From the IMG/VR virus record IMGVR_UViG_3300022746_000007: DNA of 41,487 bases. One strand, given 5' to 3'. Shown here piece after piece: positions 40,071 to 41,487 of this stretch. Origin of the DNA: a virus. Made by a program: the position numbers and the translations under genes. The notes beneath the pieces are model-generated. The model was given only the letters and a program-made list of their open reading frames with translations. It searched no databases and had not been told where the DNA came from. The first letter of the stretch is position 1. Every line of letters starts with the position of its first letter.

Positions 40071-41487
40071 TTAAGTTTTGCGAATCATATCATACAATTC
40101 TTTAATTTGTAATTTAAGGCTCACAACTTCTTTTGCTAATTCAACAGCAGAAACAAGAGCAGCATTACCGTAGGCAAGGGACAACTTTCCATCAGCGTCT
40201 GTAAGAACTGTTTCAGGTAACAAATTTTGCATCCCTTGCGCAGACACACCAGCCTGAGTGGCATCCATATCTGTACGGTCATAAATACCAGATTTGACAT
40301 TAGCAAGTTTTTCAATAAAGCCTTCTTGAACAGGTCTCCAGTTTTTCTTTAATGTTTCATCTGAGTAAGCTGTGATGTTGCCAGACATGGTTAAAGAACC
40401 ACTGAAAGTCCTACCACCAGTATTTAAGTACTCAATCCAACTGCCAAAAGAATTACCAGTGATGTTTCGGGTTAACATCCTATTTGCATTATCTTCCCAA
40501 CCCCAAGCTATCTGAGTACCCCAGTAGTTACTTGAGTTAGAATGCCGCATATTTTCAATAAACCACCAAGTGCCTCCAGGGTTATTTGTTACATTTGCAT
40601 CATCGCCTTGGTATCTATATGTGCCAGCAGGCGTATTTTGGAAATCTGTGTTGTAGTTTCCTGATGTGCCAGTTCTTTGAATATAGTTTGAACCGTTTAA
40701 CCAAGTAGCTGAGTTTGCACTTGTTGCAGTAGCAGCATTACCAGTACATGAAGCTGATGAGCCATTTATACTTCCAATGATTGTATTGTTGAAAGTATTT
40801 GTATTTGTCCAAGTATTAGCTGAACCTAATATAGATGAACCTGCTGCTCCACTATATCCAGAATAACCTGATGTTCCTTGTGCGCCTGTAGCTCCAGAAT
40901 AACCTGAATACCCTGATGTACCAGTTGCTCCAGTTGAGCCTGTTGCACCAGTAGCTCCAGAATAGCCAGAATAACCACTTGCACCTTGGCTACCATTGAT
41001 TCCAGAATAACCTGAGTATCCACTAGCACCTGTCGCTCCAGTAGAACCAGTTGCTCCTGTAGCACCTGAATATCCAGAATAACCACTTATCCCAGATGCA
41101 CCATTAATTCCAGAATAACCTGAATATCCTGATGTACCAGTTGCTCCATTTAAACCTGAATAACCAGAAATTCCACTATAACCAGAAGCACCGTTAATAC
41201 CTGAATAACCTGAAATACCACTAAATCCAGATATACCAGAATAACCACTCCAACCACTTACACCAGAACCAGAATATCCTGAGTAACCTGATACACCACT
41301 TCCAGAATAGCCACTAATGCCACTCCAGCCAGAGATACCAGAGTATCCTGACCAACCGCTAATACCTGAATAACCTGAGTAACCAGAAATTCCTGAGAAG
41401 CCTGAAATACCAGACCAACCACTCCATCCACTAATGCCACTAAATCCTGACCATCCAGAGATACCACTATCTCCAGAATAACCAGAA
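40071..41487 (-). CDS. Tail fibre, C-terminal part of the same wrap-around ORF (unique part 40071-41360): Gly-X-Ser/Thr triplets, globular tip, C-terminal Peptidase S74-type intramolecular chaperone domain
   Basis: The frame of listed ORF 40071..40550 stays open upstream through 41487, checked triplet by triplet. Translation: ...SGWSGYSGISGWSG...GATGATGSTGATGASGYSGYSG...AAGSSILGSANTWTNTNTFNNTIIGS...WWFIENMRHSNSSNYW...; AYSDETLKKNW fits the S-D-x-x-x-K motif of endosialidase-type chaperone domains. Confidence 0.85.
   Translation of the reverse strand, partial: SGYSGDSGISGWSGFSGISGWSGWSGISGFSGISGYSGYSGISGWSGYSGISGWSGISGYSGSGVSGYSGYSGSGVSGWSGYSGISGFSGISGYSGINGASGYSGISGYSGLNGATGTSGYSGYSGINGASGISGYSGYSGATGATGSTGATGASGYSGYSGINGSQGASGYSGYSGATGATGSTGATGTSGYSGYSGATGAQGTSGYSGYSGAAGSSILGSANTWTNTNTFNNTIIGSINGSSASCTGNAATATSANSATWLNGSNYIQRTGTSGNYNTDFQNTPAGTYRYQGDDANVTNNPGGTWWFIENMRHSNSSNYWGTQIAWGWEDNANRMLTRNITGNSFGSWIEYLNTGGRTFSGSLTMSGNITAYSDETLKKNWRPVQEGFIEKLANVKSGIYDRTDMDATQAGVSAQGMQNLLPETVLTDADGKLSLAYGNAALVSAVELAKEVVSLKLQIKELYDMIRKT
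41361..41487. repeat. Second copy of the terminal overlap (identical to 1-127)
   Basis: Same as above. Confidence 0.95.

Noticed and set aside
1-41487. Integrase, attP, reverse transcriptase/DGR, CRISPR, toxin-antitoxin with a classical antitoxin, and tRNA genes
   Set aside because: I looked for these through all listed ORFs and the intergenic regions and found no supporting motif. Their absence cannot be proven without HMM or tRNA-scan tools.

Overview
The window reads as one complete, circularly closed phage genome of about 41.36 kb, low in GC and with a siphovirus-type gene set. It does not look like a bacterial chromosome segment. Bases 1-127 are repeated exactly at 41361-41487.

Layout:
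(i) A minus-strand late block runs 21578 -> 977. It encodes an HNH endonuclease, small and large terminase, portal, HK97-type prohead protease, major capsid protein and head-tail joining proteins. It then encodes two tandem major tail protein paralogues, a tail chaperone pair with a canonical -1 frameshift site (A AAA AAC), the tape measure, tail-tip proteins with an embedded GNAT, a J-like host-specificity protein and glycine-rich fibre proteins.
(ii) The same strand continues across the window junction. It carries a 754-codon Gly-X-Ser triplet-repeat tail fibre that is absent from the ORF track, with a C-terminal S74-type chaperone domain. After it come a methyltransferase-GT2 fusion, a GT9-like ORF, and a holin/endolysin cassette (down to 36932).
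(iii) The plus strand 30641-36941 carries the replication/recombination genes: SSB, SF2 helicase, ERF annealase, PolB-exo-like exonuclease, NinB and wHTH regulators.
(iv) The minus strand 27804-30508 carries a paralogue array with conserved gene junctions, Cys-rich mini-proteins, a Ref-like HNH nuclease and a PD-(D/E)XK-like protein.
(v) The accessory region 21.6-27.8 kb holds a cassette of eleven small plus-strand genes flanked by repeat-dense non-coding arms. It also holds a RusA/Dps-like operon, a sharp GC-rich non-coding island and a GNAT/metallophosphoesterase pair.

I found no integrase, repressor-type gene, tRNA, rRNA, CRISPR array, reverse transcriptase, DNA polymerase or primase. All family names come from motif recognition by eye and memory, since no searches were possible.
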